Part shown: positions 26,692-36,352 of the stretch, piece after piece
Numbering within the stretch: position 1 is the first letter of the stretch
Layout: every line of letters begins with the position of its first letter
Sequence record: SRR31156797_13268
Direction: 5' to 3' (one strand)
Length of the DNA: 39,197 nt
Position numbers and translations under genes: made by a program
Notes under the pieces: generated by a model
What the model was told of the DNA's origin: nothing
What the model saw: only the letters and a program-made list of their open reading frames with translations
Database searches by the model: none

Positions 26692-27865
26692 ATATGTCAT
26701 AAGGTTGCATAGTATCTCCCTGTTTCTGTTGAAGGTCCTGCTGATCGGACTGATTGTACCATTGTCGGCTGGGATGGTGATTCTTTTTGCGCTGGAAGAA
26801 AAGGAGATGAGAGCACAGCTAGCCGAGTTTCATCAGAGGTCTCTGGAAACTTTGGTGGATAGTGCTGAGGATTCAATGCTTTCTTTTTCACCGGAAGGAG
26901 CCCGCAATATTGTTAGTATCCTCCTGCAGGATGAACGTATTGTAAGAATTGAAATATTTTCATCTATTTATGATCTCTACCTGTTGCGTGTTTCTAAGGA
27001 GACACCTGAGCATCAGTACAATGTTCAGGAGTTGATGAAGAAGGTAGTAAAAAATGGTGAAGAGTTGGGATATGTGCTGGTGGCAGTGGACAACGATTGG
27101 GTTACCCCGAGGATAGAAGAGGAACGCAATCGTATCATAGTCATGTTTGTAACCATGTTTATGGGGGGGCTGCTGCTGATAATTCCGGCCATCTATTTCA
27201 AGGTGTTCAAACCCTTGAACCGTTTGATGCAGCAGGTGGAGGTTTTATCAAAGGGTGAGTTGGGAATTCCGTACCGTTGGCAGGGGCGTGATGAGTTTTC
27301 CATGCTGGGTAAAACACTTGATGATATGCGTACCAAGTTGGATAAAACTTTTAGTCTTATGCGCGAAATGGCTGTAACCGATGAGTTGACAGGGCTGCCC
27401 AACCGCCGTGGGTTTTATGGCGAAGTTGAAAAATTGCTCTGGTTAAGCGGTCGTTACAAGCATCCACTTATACTTGCTCTTTTTGATATCGATCATTTTA
27501 AAGCAATTAACGATAATTTCGGCCATCCTGTGGGGGATGAAGTTTTAAAAAGTTTTGCAGAAGTTATATCAGAGCGTATTCGCAAGACCGACCTCTTTGC
27601 CCGTGTCGGCGGAGAGGAGTTTGTTCTGGTCATGCCTGAAACCTCCCGCGATGATGCCCTTAACCTGCTTGACCGACTCAGAATGGCCGTTTCGGACCAT
27701 GAGTTCTCCCATGGTGAGACTGTAACTGTCAGTGTTGGATATACAGATTATTCCGGTTCGGAGAAGCTTGAAGGGCTTATGGACATTGCTGATAGGGCGC
27801 TTTATAAAGCTAAGCAGGACGGCAGGGACAGAATCGTTCTCGGTCCGGCAGAGTCTTTTTTATAA
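26681..27865 (+). CDS. Membrane diguanylate cyclase (TM-periplasmic domain-TM-HAMP-GGDEF)
   Basis: RKTD I-site, GGEEF, DIDHFKAIND; ATG 26681 overlaps the BMP gene end by 11 nt. Confidence 0.9.
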   Translation: MISKYVIRLHSISLFLLKVLLIGLIVPLSAGMVILFALEEKEMRAQLAEFHQRSLETLVDSAEDSMLSFSPEGARNIVSILLQDERIVRIEIFSSIYDLYLLRVSKETPEHQYNVQELMKKVVKNGEELGYVLVAVDNDWVTPRIEEERNRIIVMFVTMFMGGLLLIIPAIYFKVFKPLNRLMQQVEVLSKGELGIPYRWQGRDEFSMLGKTLDDMRTKLDKTFSLMREMAVTDELTGLPNRRGFYGEVEKLLWLSGRYKHPLILALFDIDHFKAINDNFGHPVGDEVLKSFAEVISERIRKTDLFARVGGEEFVLVMPETSRDDALNLLDRLRMAVSDHEFSHGETVTVSVGYTDYSGSEKLEGLMDIADRALYKAKQDGRDRIVLGPAESFL

Positions 27866-27898
27866 ATTTGGGTTGTTCTTCTAATGTGCAGGTATTAA

Positions 27899-28225
27899 AT
27901 GCAATACTGGATTATACTCGCTTGTGCCATTGTGTTGGAAGTTTGCGGCACTATTGCTATGAAATTTTCTGAAGGTTTTACCAGAATGGTCCCTTCGATT
28001 TTGATGTTTGTCTTATATGGGGCTTCTTTTACTGCATTGGCTTTCGCTTTAAAGAAAATTGATGTCAGTGTTGCTTACGCAATATGGTCCGGGCTTGGGA
28101 CAGCCATTATTTTTACCATTGGGATTTTCTTTTTCAAAGAGTCGGTTTCAGCCCTTAAAGTGATCAGTTTATTATTGATCATTACTGGGGTGGTTGGACT
28201 TAAAATGAGCGGGGCCGGACACTAA
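27899..28225 (+). CDS. SMR-family small multidrug efflux transporter
   Basis: 108 aa, 4 TM, WIILACAIVLEV (membrane Glu), KFSEGF, VAYAIWSGLG. Confidence 0.92.
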   Translation: MQYWIILACAIVLEVCGTIAMKFSEGFTRMVPSILMFVLYGASFTALAFALKKIDVSVAYAIWSGLGTAIIFTIGIFFFKESVSALKVISLLLIITGVVGLKMSGAGH

Positions 28226-28434
28226 TCGGCTCGTCAGTTACACTTGATTAAGCGGGTGAGTGGAAACACTTATTTTAATTAAAGTATAGACTTCGGTAGT
28301 AATAGTTATTATTAGCTTTGATGAAGAAGTGTGATTTAATAAGATAGTCATCAAAAAGAATAATTATTTTGAATATGCTGATGCTAATTGCACATACTTA
28401 ATTGAATCGATATTTAAATAAAAAGGTTGAATTT

Positions 28435-30168
28435 ATGAATATTTCCACTCGATTAAAGCTCTCTGCCTTTGTTCTCGGTTTTATCCCGGTTATTATGGCC
28501 CTCATCCTTTTTGCTTTAAGCCCGGATTTTCTTTTTGGCTCTACATCTTCAACCGTTCTCATCTGCGGTATTGCTGCAAGTCTGATGCTGACAGTTTTTA
28601 TCGTCTACAGCATCAGTCGTAATGTAATTGCGCCGATTGAAAATTTGCGTGATTTTGCAGTTGATGTGCAGAAAGGTAGGGCTAATGATGAATGCTCCGG
28701 TTTTTATATGTATGAGCTGGAAGAACTCAAGATTGCAGTCTGCGCTATGGTTGCCAGTCTGGGAGAAGCCAACAATAGAGCTGAATTATTGAGTGAGGAG
28801 GCCCGTAGTAAGGCTGTCGAAATTGAAGCTGCTTTGCAGACCAGTCGGGATAAGGAAGAAGAGACTCAGAAACTCATTGCTTCCATGCGTAAAGTTGCTG
28901 ATAAGGCCGGGAATTCATCCGAACGAATTTTTTCAGATATAAGTGATTTGAGTGATCGCATTGATAAAGTCGGTGAAGGTGTGGAGGTCCAGCGTGACCG
29001 CATGACTGAAACCGCCACCGCCATGGAGGAGATGAACTCCACGGTGGCCGAGGTTGCTCGCAATGCATCCCTTGCCGCCGGAAATGCCGACCAGTCACGG
29101 GAAAATGCAGCAACCGGAGCGCGCGGTGTCAATGCTGCCGTTGATGCAATTAAAAAGGTTGAGGATGAGGTCCTTTCTCTTAAACAGACCATGAGCCAGC
29201 TTGGTGAACGGGCTGAGAATATTGACCGCGTGATTAACGTCATCAACGATATTGCGGACCAGACCAATCTGCTGGCTCTGAATGCTGCTATTGAAGCCGC
29301 AAGGGCTGGTGAAGCAGGGCGCGGATTTGCCGTTGTTGCTGATGAGGTCCGCAAGCTGGCTGAAAAAACCATGGAAGCTACCAAAGAGGTCGGTGACGCG
29401 ATTACTGATATTCAGGAACATGCCAAAACCAACGTGGCCTCTGTGGAACGCGCTGCCGCTGATATTGTTGCCGGTACAGAGACTGCGGTTGAGTCTGGCA
29501 AATATATGCAGGAAATTGTCACCATTATCGAATCCACTTCCGAGCAGGTAGAATCCATAGCCACTGCTTCCGAAGAGCAGTCCGCTACCAGCGAAGAAAT
29601 TAACAATGCGGTTTCCGATGTGACTCATGTGGCGCAGGATACAGCAGAGGAAATGGGGGAAGCACGTCAGATTCTTCTTGAGGTTTCAAGTCTTGTTCAG
29701 GAACTCGATACCCTGATCCATGGTATGGCTGAGGGCGACCTTGTTTCGGCTGCCGGTGATGAACTGGTTACCTGGAGTGACAGTGCTTTTTCCGTGGGTG
29801 TTAAAGTTATTGATGTGCAGCACAAGAAGCTGGTCGGCATGATCAACGGATTGCACAAGGCCATGCGTGACCGCGCATCCGATACAGTTATGAAAAGGTT
29901 AGTGGAAGAGCTCAAGAATTACACTGTGGACCATTTCAGCACTGAAGAAAGACTTTTTGACCGTTACGGCTATCCCCAGACCCCCGCACATAAGGAACTC
30001 CACGAGAAGTTCGTCAATCAGGTTCTTGAGTTTGAAGCTGCATTGCTTAGCGGTAAAGCCAAGGTGACCATGGATGTCATGCAGTTTCTCAAGGACTGGC
30101 TGGTACAGCATATTCAGGGTGAAGACCGCAAGTACACCTCATTCCTGAACAGGCACGGGGTCCGTTGA
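28435..30168 (+). CDS. Methyl-accepting chemotaxis protein with C-terminal bacteriohemerythrin domain (DcrH-like O2 sensor)
   Basis: Two TM, HAMP, MCP hairpin, then [29 protein letters not shown] diiron ligands; start ATG 28435. Confidence 0.93.
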   Translation: MNISTRLKLSAFVLGFIPVIMALILFALSPDFLFGSTSSTVLICGIAASLMLTVFIVYSISRNVIAPIENLRDFAVDVQKGRANDECSGFYMYELEELKIAVCAMVASLGEANNRAELLSEEARSKAVEIEAALQTSRDKEEETQKLIASMRKVADKAGNSSERIFSDISDLSDRIDKVGEGVEVQRDRMTETATAMEEMNSTVAEVARNASLAAGNADQSRENAATGARGVNAAVDAIKKVEDEVLSLKQTMSQLGERAENIDRVINVINDIADQTNLLALNAAIEAARAGEAGRGFAVVADEVRKLAEKTMEATKEVGDAITDIQEHAKTNVASVERAAADIVAGTETAVESGKYMQEIVTIIESTSEQVESIATASEEQSATSEEINNAVSDVTHVAQDTAEEMGEARQILLEVSSLVQELDTLIHGMAEGDLVSAAGDELVTWSDSAFSVGVKVIDVQHKKLVGMINGLHKAMRDRASDTVMKRLVEELKNYTVDHFSTEERLFDRYGYPQTPAHKELHEKFVNQVLEFEAALLSGKAKVTMDVMQFLKDWLVQHIQGEDRKYTSFLNRHGVR

Positions 30169-30214
30169 TTACACTACAGAGAACTCCCGCTGATCAATCC
30201 TGACCTGATGAATC

Positions 30215-31726
30215 TCAAGCCGCGCTGCTTTCATCTGCAAAACAGGCTGTTACCTTAGTTCCTGTTGCTTCAGCGGAGTGCATTGAGATTGTAGCTTTGT
30301 GTGTTTCGGCAATGAGTTTGGCGGAATATGTTCCCAGTCCGGTTCCGTCTTCTTTTCCAAGAGTGACATATTTATCGAAAAATCTCTCCCTGACCTCTTC
30401 AGGAACAGCAAGGGTATTTTTAACAGTCACAGATATGGGCGGCCCGCTATTGATGGAGATGGTCACGGTATCGCCTTCATTGGATGCTTCCACCGCATTT
30501 TTGATCAGGTTACGGAACATGGTCCGCAGAAGCATGCCTTCTCCGGTCAGGAACAGTTCTTCCACTCCTTCTATTTCCCTGCCGTCCAGCATGATGGAAA
30601 GTTTTACCCCGGACTGATTCAGTAGCAGGGCCATCTCTTCTTCCAGTGAGGTCATCAGGTCTACTAGATCCACGCGCATAGTTTTCAGCCGGTAGATTCC
30701 CTGCTCCATTTTGAACATATCCAGATGGAACTGGATCATATCAAGCATGCGGTAGCCCGCTGATGCGATGCGCTTGATATATTTACGCTGGTCTGCACTT
30801 AGCGGTTCTTCGCTGTTGAGCAGTAGCTCCGGGTAACCGATAACAAGGTTGAGGGAGGATTTGAGGTCGTGCCTGTTAATGCGCTCCACCTCATCTCGGA
30901 TCATTTCTGCTGTGCGTCTTTCATGGATTTGCTGCACCAGCAGTTTATTTTTCTTTTCCAATTCCGCTTGCTTGGAACGCAATTGTCGGGTGCGCTGCGA
31001 AACAATGTTTTCCAGCATTTCCCTGTGGCTGTTCAACCATTGGTCCCGCTTGTCGATTTTGGCCAGCATGGAGTTGAATTCAGTAACCAGATAGCCGATT
31101 TCATCGTCACTGCGGTAGGAGACCCGACGGGTGTAATCTTTACTTTCTGAAATATCACGGACTGTATCTGTTAATTGTCCGATGGGTTTGGTCAGTTTTT
31201 TGCGGAGATATCCAGTGGCTAGAAAACAAGTGGTCAAAACTGTGACCAGGATAAGCCCGGAAGTGGCCAGATTTTGGAAGAACCAGTCCAGCTGGTCGGT
31301 GAAGCAGCCGTCCAGAACAATGTAGCCCAAAAGTTCATCTCCGGAACGGATCTCTTGTACAATGTGGTAACGGTTGAAGTCTTCAATTGTCTTTGAAGTA
31401 CCCGCGGGAAGTTCCTTGGTTTGAGTCCCGAATTCTGCGAAAATTTTACCATCCGGGGTGAAGATGGTTGCTCCCACTGAATTACCGACAAGGGCCAGCG
31501 ATTCAAGAACCTCAGTTGCCGAGTCCCGGTCATCGAAATCTAGGGCCGGTGCTACGGAAGTGCTCAGAACCTGTGTTAACGAGGTCGCTTTTTTCAGGGT
31601 TGCCTGCCTGAATGAATGGAAAAAGGAAGCGATATTCAGGGTCATGGAGATCACTACCGCGGCAATGGTCGTACCTAGAATCGCGAGGCCTACTTTACGC
31701 CCGATGCTGTTCCGGTATTTTTTCAT
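30215..31726 (-). CDS. Membrane sensor histidine kinase (YfiN/CHASE8-like periplasmic domain, HAMP, HisKA, HATPase)
   Basis: PALDFDDRDSATEVL periplasmic motif, HAMP (DDEIGYLVTEFNSML), RHDLKSSL H-box, NLIKNAVEA, FFDKY, GTGLG; ATG 31726 overlaps the yfiR-like stop (ATGA). Confidence 0.9.
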   Translation of the reverse strand: MKKYRNSIGRKVGLAILGTTIAAVVISMTLNIASFFHSFRQATLKKATSLTQVLSTSVAPALDFDDRDSATEVLESLALVGNSVGATIFTPDGKIFAEFGTQTKELPAGTSKTIEDFNRYHIVQEIRSGDELLGYIVLDGCFTDQLDWFFQNLATSGLILVTVLTTCFLATGYLRKKLTKPIGQLTDTVRDISESKDYTRRVSYRSDDEIGYLVTEFNSMLAKIDKRDQWLNSHREMLENIVSQRTRQLRSKQAELEKKNKLLVQQIHERRTAEMIRDEVERINRHDLKSSLNLVIGYPELLLNSEEPLSADQRKYIKRIASAGYRMLDMIQFHLDMFKMEQGIYRLKTMRVDLVDLMTSLEEEMALLLNQSGVKLSIMLDGREIEGVEELFLTGEGMLLRTMFRNLIKNAVEASNEGDTVTISINSGPPISVTVKNTLAVPEEVRERFFDKYVTLGKEDGTGLGTYSAKLIAETHKATISMHSAEATGTKVTACFADESSAA

Positions 31727-32283
31727 TGTGGTGTGTCTCCGCAATAGATTTCAGACAGTTTCAGCAGTTTGGAACTGATAGTCAGCCCCGCTTTACGCGC
31801 CGCACAGATATTGACCTGCAGTTTGAAGCGTGAACCGGATTCCACAAGGTTGATCATGCCGCCCATTCGCAGAAATTCAGGGCTCTGCCCGATGGTCAGG
31901 ATCGGCTTGTCTTTGATCTTATTGAGCACAGCGGCAATTATGCGCGGATTGTCCACATCTATGAATAGAACTTTGAACTTTTCATCCGGCCAGCGAACCA
32001 GTTTAAATTTGTCCGGGTTTCTGAAGAAGCGGGAAATTTTTTTCGGGGCGAGTGCAGCTACGGTTATCGGACGTTCCGTAGCTATTCTGCGTTTATCTGG
32101 ACCAAGTACATATTTTGTAATTTTCTTGATAAATAGAGCCTGTAGCTGCGGCTGGGTGACCTTGATCCGGAGTTGTTGTCCTGTTTTTGAACGGGCATGC
32201 GCAGGCTGTTCGGTTATGGAACATACCATAAAAAGAGTGGCAATTGTAATTGCCAGTATTTTATGGGGTTTTAGAAGTCCCAT
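31723..32283 (-). CDS. YfiR/HmsC-family periplasmic protein
   Basis: Signal peptide; LQALFIKKITKYV, PILTIGQSPEFLRMGGMINLV, VNICAARKAGLTISSKLLKLS; start ATG 32283 after GAGG. Confidence 0.88.
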   Translation of the reverse strand: MGLLKPHKILAITIATLFMVCSITEQPAHARSKTGQQLRIKVTQPQLQALFIKKITKYVLGPDKRRIATERPITVAALAPKKISRFFRNPDKFKLVRWPDEKFKVLFIDVDNPRIIAAVLNKIKDKPILTIGQSPEFLRMGGMINLVESGSRFKLQVNICAARKAGLTISSKLLKLSEIYCGDTPQ

Positions 32284-34202
32284 ATCAACCTCAGTGTGCA
32301 TGATGGTTCGGAGGGAGAGTAGTTCCCTTGGTCAACATTGATCAGCAGGTTGTTACCGATAAGTTCTACAGACAAGTCTTCACGGGCCTGCCAGGCCAGC
32401 CGTGCATCAAAGCCGAATCCGGTGGAAAGATCCTTGTCATCCATGCTGTTGATATAGGAAGTGAAGAGGTCCAGTTCCCAGTCTTCGGCAAGGTCGATGA
32501 TGGCCTGTAGTTTAATGCTGTACAATGGAGTGTTCAGCGGTGGTGAAAAACCGGGAATGCCGGGTGGGGTTTTGGGGAAATCCTGATTGGATATATCCAG
32601 TGAAGGACGCAGGGTCAGAAAAGAATAGGGTTGCCAGTCAAGGGCAATTTCAGTTCCGTATGAAATTCCGCACAGCCCGCTGATCGGACTGGCTGTATTT
32701 GTGCTGTCATCAAAACTGAAAGTGATCATCTCATCATAATTATTAAGGTAAAGAGAGATATCCAGTTTCAATGTCTCGCTGAAAAGTTTACGGTACCCGG
32801 CTTCAACTGTAGTCAGTTTTTCATTTTTCAAGTTACCGCTGAAATCGACATTGTACTCTTTGTCTTTGATTCTGACCCGGTAGTTTCCTTCGCGGAGCCA
32901 GTAACTGGGCTGGCGGTTAGCGTAGGAAATTGCCAGCCAATATTCTTCATCATCTTCCATATACAGGAGGCGTGCAGTGGGTTGAGGGGCCAGTTCGCTG
33001 TCCCCGGAATAGTCTAGTTTCAGACCGAGGGTCAGGAAAAGTTTTTCATCAATCAGGGTAATACGGTCTTTAGCGAATCCGCTGAAATCAAGGCGGTAGA
33101 TGCTGTCGTTTGCTACCTGTACGTTTTCTCCCTGCTTAAAGGAATTCCAGAAATATTTTCCACCCAGCCCGAAGGTCAGAAAATGGTCTTCAAACTGTTC
33201 GTTGGAATAGATGAATTCTGCATCAACTGTATTTGACATGTTGTCCATGTCCGCAACAGTGATGGCGGTTCGGGTATAGGAAGAACGGAACTGCATGCCG
33301 GATTTGGCTCCGGTTTTTCTGTCCCAGAGGAGCTGGGTGTAGCCACTGTAATCGCTTTTATTCTTGTTGGCTGAGAATGGGTTACCCGGAGGAGAGTCTT
33401 CCATAATTGAAGATCCGGCTATCTGGCCTTGCAGTGAAAATTGGTCGGTATAGGCGTTTAACCAGTCAGCACGGAAACCTCCGCTTCCGGTGACCCAGTC
33501 TGTAGAACCTTTTTCGGTTCGGCCCCGGATGTGATAATTTTTACCGGGTTCATATTCACCTTTGGCATATACTGCCATGGTTGCGTTTTCAGATATCATT
33601 CCGCCTTTACGGATAAACTGGCTGACCCCATCTGTTCCTGCAGTGGTTACGCTTTGCGTTTCCTGCAATTCCGCAGCAGATTTGGTTATAATATTGATTA
33701 CGCCGTTGAAAGATTCAGATCCCCAGAGACTGGTCCATGGGCCGCGGATAACTTCGATCCGCTTCACTGTCTGGATGGGCAGGTTCTGGCTGGACCAGAT
33801 AACCCCGTGGAAGTAGGGCGATGTAATGGGTCTATTGTCGACCAGAATGAGCTGTTTACTGCTGAATGTTCCTGAGAATCCTCTTACTCCGATGGCCCAT
33901 TTGTCTGTGTCGGTGCGGGTCACAATCACGCCGGGAACTGTACGCAAGGCTTCAGGGACTGATCTGGCTCCGCTGCGTTTAATGTCTTCCTCGGTAAGGA
34001 TGGTGTATGAACCGGCTATGTTTTCAAGGGATTGTTTGCGTTCGGAAGGGGAGACCATTTCGACCTGCAGGAGGTCTTCGAGATCGAGGTTTTCCAGCTC
34101 TGCAGAGACATCCTTGTCTTCTGCAAAACTTGGTGCGGTTCCGGTCAACATGACCAGAATAATGAGAGAGAGGGCAACAACTGCCAACCGCAACCGGATC
34201 AT
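32271..34202 (-). CDS. TonB-dependent outer-membrane receptor of the YfiR-associated type
   Basis: Signal peptide; plug LEDLLQVEMVS…EDIKRSGARSVPEALRTVPG…RIEVIRGPWTSLWGSESFNGVINIITK; beta-barrel with C-terminal WDF. Confidence 0.9.
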   Translation of the reverse strand: MIRLRLAVVALSLIILVMLTGTAPSFAEDKDVSAELENLDLEDLLQVEMVSPSERKQSLENIAGSYTILTEEDIKRSGARSVPEALRTVPGVIVTRTDTDKWAIGVRGFSGTFSSKQLILVDNRPITSPYFHGVIWSSQNLPIQTVKRIEVIRGPWTSLWGSESFNGVINIITKSAAELQETQSVTTAGTDGVSQFIRKGGMISENATMAVYAKGEYEPGKNYHIRGRTEKGSTDWVTGSGGFRADWLNAYTDQFSLQGQIAGSSIMEDSPPGNPFSANKNKSDYSGYTQLLWDRKTGAKSGMQFRSSYTRTAITVADMDNMSNTVDAEFIYSNEQFEDHFLTFGLGGKYFWNSFKQGENVQVANDSIYRLDFSGFAKDRITLIDEKLFLTLGLKLDYSGDSELAPQPTARLLYMEDDEEYWLAISYANRQPSYWLREGNYRVRIKDKEYNVDFSGNLKNEKLTTVEAGYRKLFSETLKLDISLYLNNYDEMITFSFDDSTNTASPISGLCGISYGTEIALDWQPYSFLTLRPSLDISNQDFPKTPPGIPGFSPPLNTPLYSIKLQAIIDLAEDWELDLFTSYINSMDDKDLSTGFGFDARLAWQAREDLSVELIGNNLLINVDQGNYSPSEPSCTLRLIWDF

Positions 34203-34903
34203 GCTTCGGCCTGTGTCCTCGAAGTCATCATATACCCGCGTCCGCGAATAGTTTTGATTGAGACGGAATCACCGATTTTGCGGCGCAGGTTGCTCATATG
34301 CACGTTGAGCACATAGTCGTCGAAGTCGGCGCTCCTGCCGAGGGCGATTTCCATGAGTTCGTCACGTTCAATGAGTTTTCCGCAACTGGCGGCTAGATGT
34401 TCAATGATGCTGAATTCTGCAGCGGTGAAGTGGGTTTCAATTCCTTTGACCATGATGGCGTGGGAATCAAGGTTGATGTCGAGTTCCCCGACTTTGAGTT
34501 TACCCCGTGAACTGGGGGTGATGCTCGGGGATTGCAGGGCCATGGAGCAGCGGCGCAGGGATGCACGCATGCGGGCCAGCAGTTCGCGCAAGGGAAAGGG
34601 TTTGCAGATGTAGTCGTCAGCTCCCATCTCGAGGCCGACAACCCTGTCTACTTCGTCCCCCTTACCGGTAAGCATAATTACCGGAACTGTTGAGTCCAGC
34701 CGGATTTTCTCCAGCACATTCAGCCCGCTGATATCAGGCAGGACAATATCCAGCAGGATGAGGTCGTATTCATCGCAGCTGAATGCTTTGAGTCCTTCTT
34801 TGGCAGTGCATTTGTGATGCAGGCTGTACCCTTCGCCGTCCAGATAGGTGGATAAAAGTTCCCCCATCTCCGGGTCGTCGTCGATAAGAAGTATCTTGTT
34901 CAT
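34199..34903 (-). CDS. OmpR/CpxR-family response regulator
   Basis: MNKILLIDDD, LLDIVLP (phospho-Asp), GADDYICKPF, winged helix LNVHMSNLRRKI…IKTIRGRGY; ATGA overlap with the receptor gene. Confidence 0.95.
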   Translation of the reverse strand: MNKILLIDDDPEMGELLSTYLDGEGYSLHHKCTAKEGLKAFSCDEYDLILLDIVLPDISGLNVLEKIRLDSTVPVIMLTGKGDEVDRVVGLEMGADDYICKPFPLRELLARMRASLRRCSMALQSPSITPSSRGKLKVGELDINLDSHAIMVKGIETHFTAAEFSIIEHLAASCGKLIERDELMEIALGRSADFDDYVLNVHMSNLRRKIGDSVSIKTIRGRGYMMTSRTQAEA

Positions 34904-34960
34904 AATGTTCTCCTGCCAGGCATACTATGTGTTCAGAAGGGATAAGCAAATAAGTTTAGT

Positions 34961-34995
34961 GTAAATAAATGTTAAATAGCTTAAGAAATGTTAAG
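34961..34995 (+). promoter_or_regulatory. Tandem direct-repeat boxes, candidate response-regulator sites, upstream of a TATAGT -10 at 35012-35017
   Basis: GTAAA-N5-GTTAA (34961-34975, CpxR-box-like) then TTAAG-N5-TTAAG (34981-34995), with 10-bp periodicity. Confidence 0.6.
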
Positions 34996-35120
34996 AAGAG
35001 GTTTGTTTGTCTATAGTGTCCACAATTTGGACGGTGTGTGAAAATATTTCCCTCATAAACGTTCTTTACCTCCGCTGCGTATAAGCAAGTAAAGGCAGGT
35101 GAGTCGGTTACCTGTCAATA

Positions 35121-35150
35121 GTGCAAGGATGTACGATAAAACACGGAGGT
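35121..35150 (+). promoter_or_regulatory. Candidate CsrA sites in the flagellin leader
   Basis: GTGC-AAGGAT-GTAC hairpin with GGA in the loop, plus ACGGAGG overlapping the SD. Confidence 0.55.
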
Positions 35151-35154
35151 TTTT

Positions 35155-36012
35155 ATGTCATTAGTAATCAATAACAATACCATTGCAAATGCGACCGCGC
35201 GCCATCTTAATGATGCTTACAGCGCACTAAGTTCTTCCACTGAAAAGATGTCTTCCGGTCTGCGTATTAACTCTGCAGCTGATGACGCCGCAGGTCTTGC
35301 TGTTCGCGAACTTATGCGTTCGGATATTTCAACCCTGCAGCAGGGTGTGCGAAATGCCAATGACGGTATTTCCATGATCCAGACTGCAGACGGTGCACTC
35401 GGCGTTGTGGATGAAAAGCTTATCCGCATGAAGGAGCTGGCGGAACAGGCCGCAACCGGAACCTACACTTCGGACCAGCGGGCCTTGATTGACCAGGAAT
35501 ATCAGGCCATGGCTTCGGAAATTACCCGAATCGCCAATGCTACTGATTTTAATGGTATTCATCTGCTCAATGGTAATGTTTCCGGCGATAATGCTGTGAC
35601 CATCCATTTCGGAACCGGTAACGACAGCGCGGAAGATAAGTATGATATTGAGATCGGTACCTGTACCGCCTCTGCTCTCGGTATCGGTAATCAGAGTGCT
35701 GAAAATGCAGGCTACACCGTATCCACTCAGGAAGCGGCTCAGGCCTCACTTGAAGCACTTGATAATGCAATTATTTCCAAGGATAAGATCAGGGCGAACC
35801 TCGGTGCTCTTGAAAACAGGCTCGACGCAACCATCTCCAACCTTGAGATTCAGGGTGAAAATCTGCAGGCCGCAGAATCACAGATCTCAGACGTTGATGT
35901 TGCAACCGAGATGACCAACTATTCCAAGCAGCAGATCATCACTCAGTCAGCAGTTTCAATGCTTGCACAGGCAAACTCATTGCCTCAGATGGCTCTGTCA
36001 CTCATCGGCTAG
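35155..36012 (+). CDS. fliC: Flagellin (short, 285 aa)
   Basis: SSGLRINSAADDAAGLA, RNANDGISMIQTADGAL, RANLGALENRL, ESQISDVDVATEM, MLAQANSLPQMALSL. Confidence 0.96.
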   Translation: MSLVINNNTIANATARHLNDAYSALSSSTEKMSSGLRINSAADDAAGLAVRELMRSDISTLQQGVRNANDGISMIQTADGALGVVDEKLIRMKELAEQAATGTYTSDQRALIDQEYQAMASEITRIANATDFNGIHLLNGNVSGDNAVTIHFGTGNDSAEDKYDIEIGTCTASALGIGNQSAENAGYTVSTQEAAQASLEALDNAIISKDKIRANLGALENRLDATISNLEIQGENLQAAESQISDVDVATEMTNYSKQQIITQSAVSMLAQANSLPQMALSLIG

Positions 36013-36036
36013 TTCGTCAACTTTTAAAATTTAACC

Positions 36037-36062
36037 AAGGCCCGGTTTGCCGGGTCTTTTTT
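36037..36062 (+). terminator. Intrinsic terminator 1 after flagellin
   Basis: AAGGCCCGG-TTTG-CCGGGTCTTTTTT. Confidence 0.88.
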
Positions 36063-36074
36063 GTTTTTATACCT

Positions 36075-36114
36075 GAGGCCGTAGTCCTGTTTTGTTGGGA
36101 TTGCGGTCTTTTTT
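36075..36114 (+). terminator. Intrinsic terminator 2 after flagellin (tandem)
   Basis: GAGGCCGTAGTCCTG…TGGGATTGCGGTCTTTTTT, stem with G·U pairs plus U tract. Confidence 0.75.
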
Positions 36115-36197
36115 GCGTCTGGAAGCAGGCAGGTTCTTCCGGCAAAAACTTCCCTTTCTTGCACAAGCATATTTCAGCTCTCAGAATAGATTTTGTT

Positions 36198-36213
36198 GCT
36201 TAAGAATCGTTAA
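36198..36213 (+). promoter_or_regulatory. Second copy of the tandem-repeat box, upstream of the ECF sigma-flgD-flgE unit
   Basis: GCTTAAGAATCGTTAA, 14/16 identical to GCTTAAGAAATGTTAA at 34979-34994, same orientation. Confidence 0.6.
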
Positions 36214-36352
36214 TTTCAGTCTTTTTTCATTATCCAGCCTAAAGCTATTTAATAAATCCTGAATTCAATCTGTTTTATTCTAAACGTAATCTCATTGTAT
36301 ATTAATGTTGTCGGGAATGTAAGTTGCTTCTTTCTAAGCAATAGGAGGAAGT

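Noticed and set aside
35036-35053. GTGTGAAAATATTTCCCT as a Rex site upstream of fliC
   Set aside because: Right half-site and spacing do not fit TTGTG-N8-CACAA.
35056-35139. sigma28 promoter for fliC (TAAA…GCGTATAA or TCAA…TACGATAA)
   Set aside because: Spacers are 17 and 13 bp instead of about 15, and the second would place the TSS on the SD; cannot be fully excluded without TSS data.
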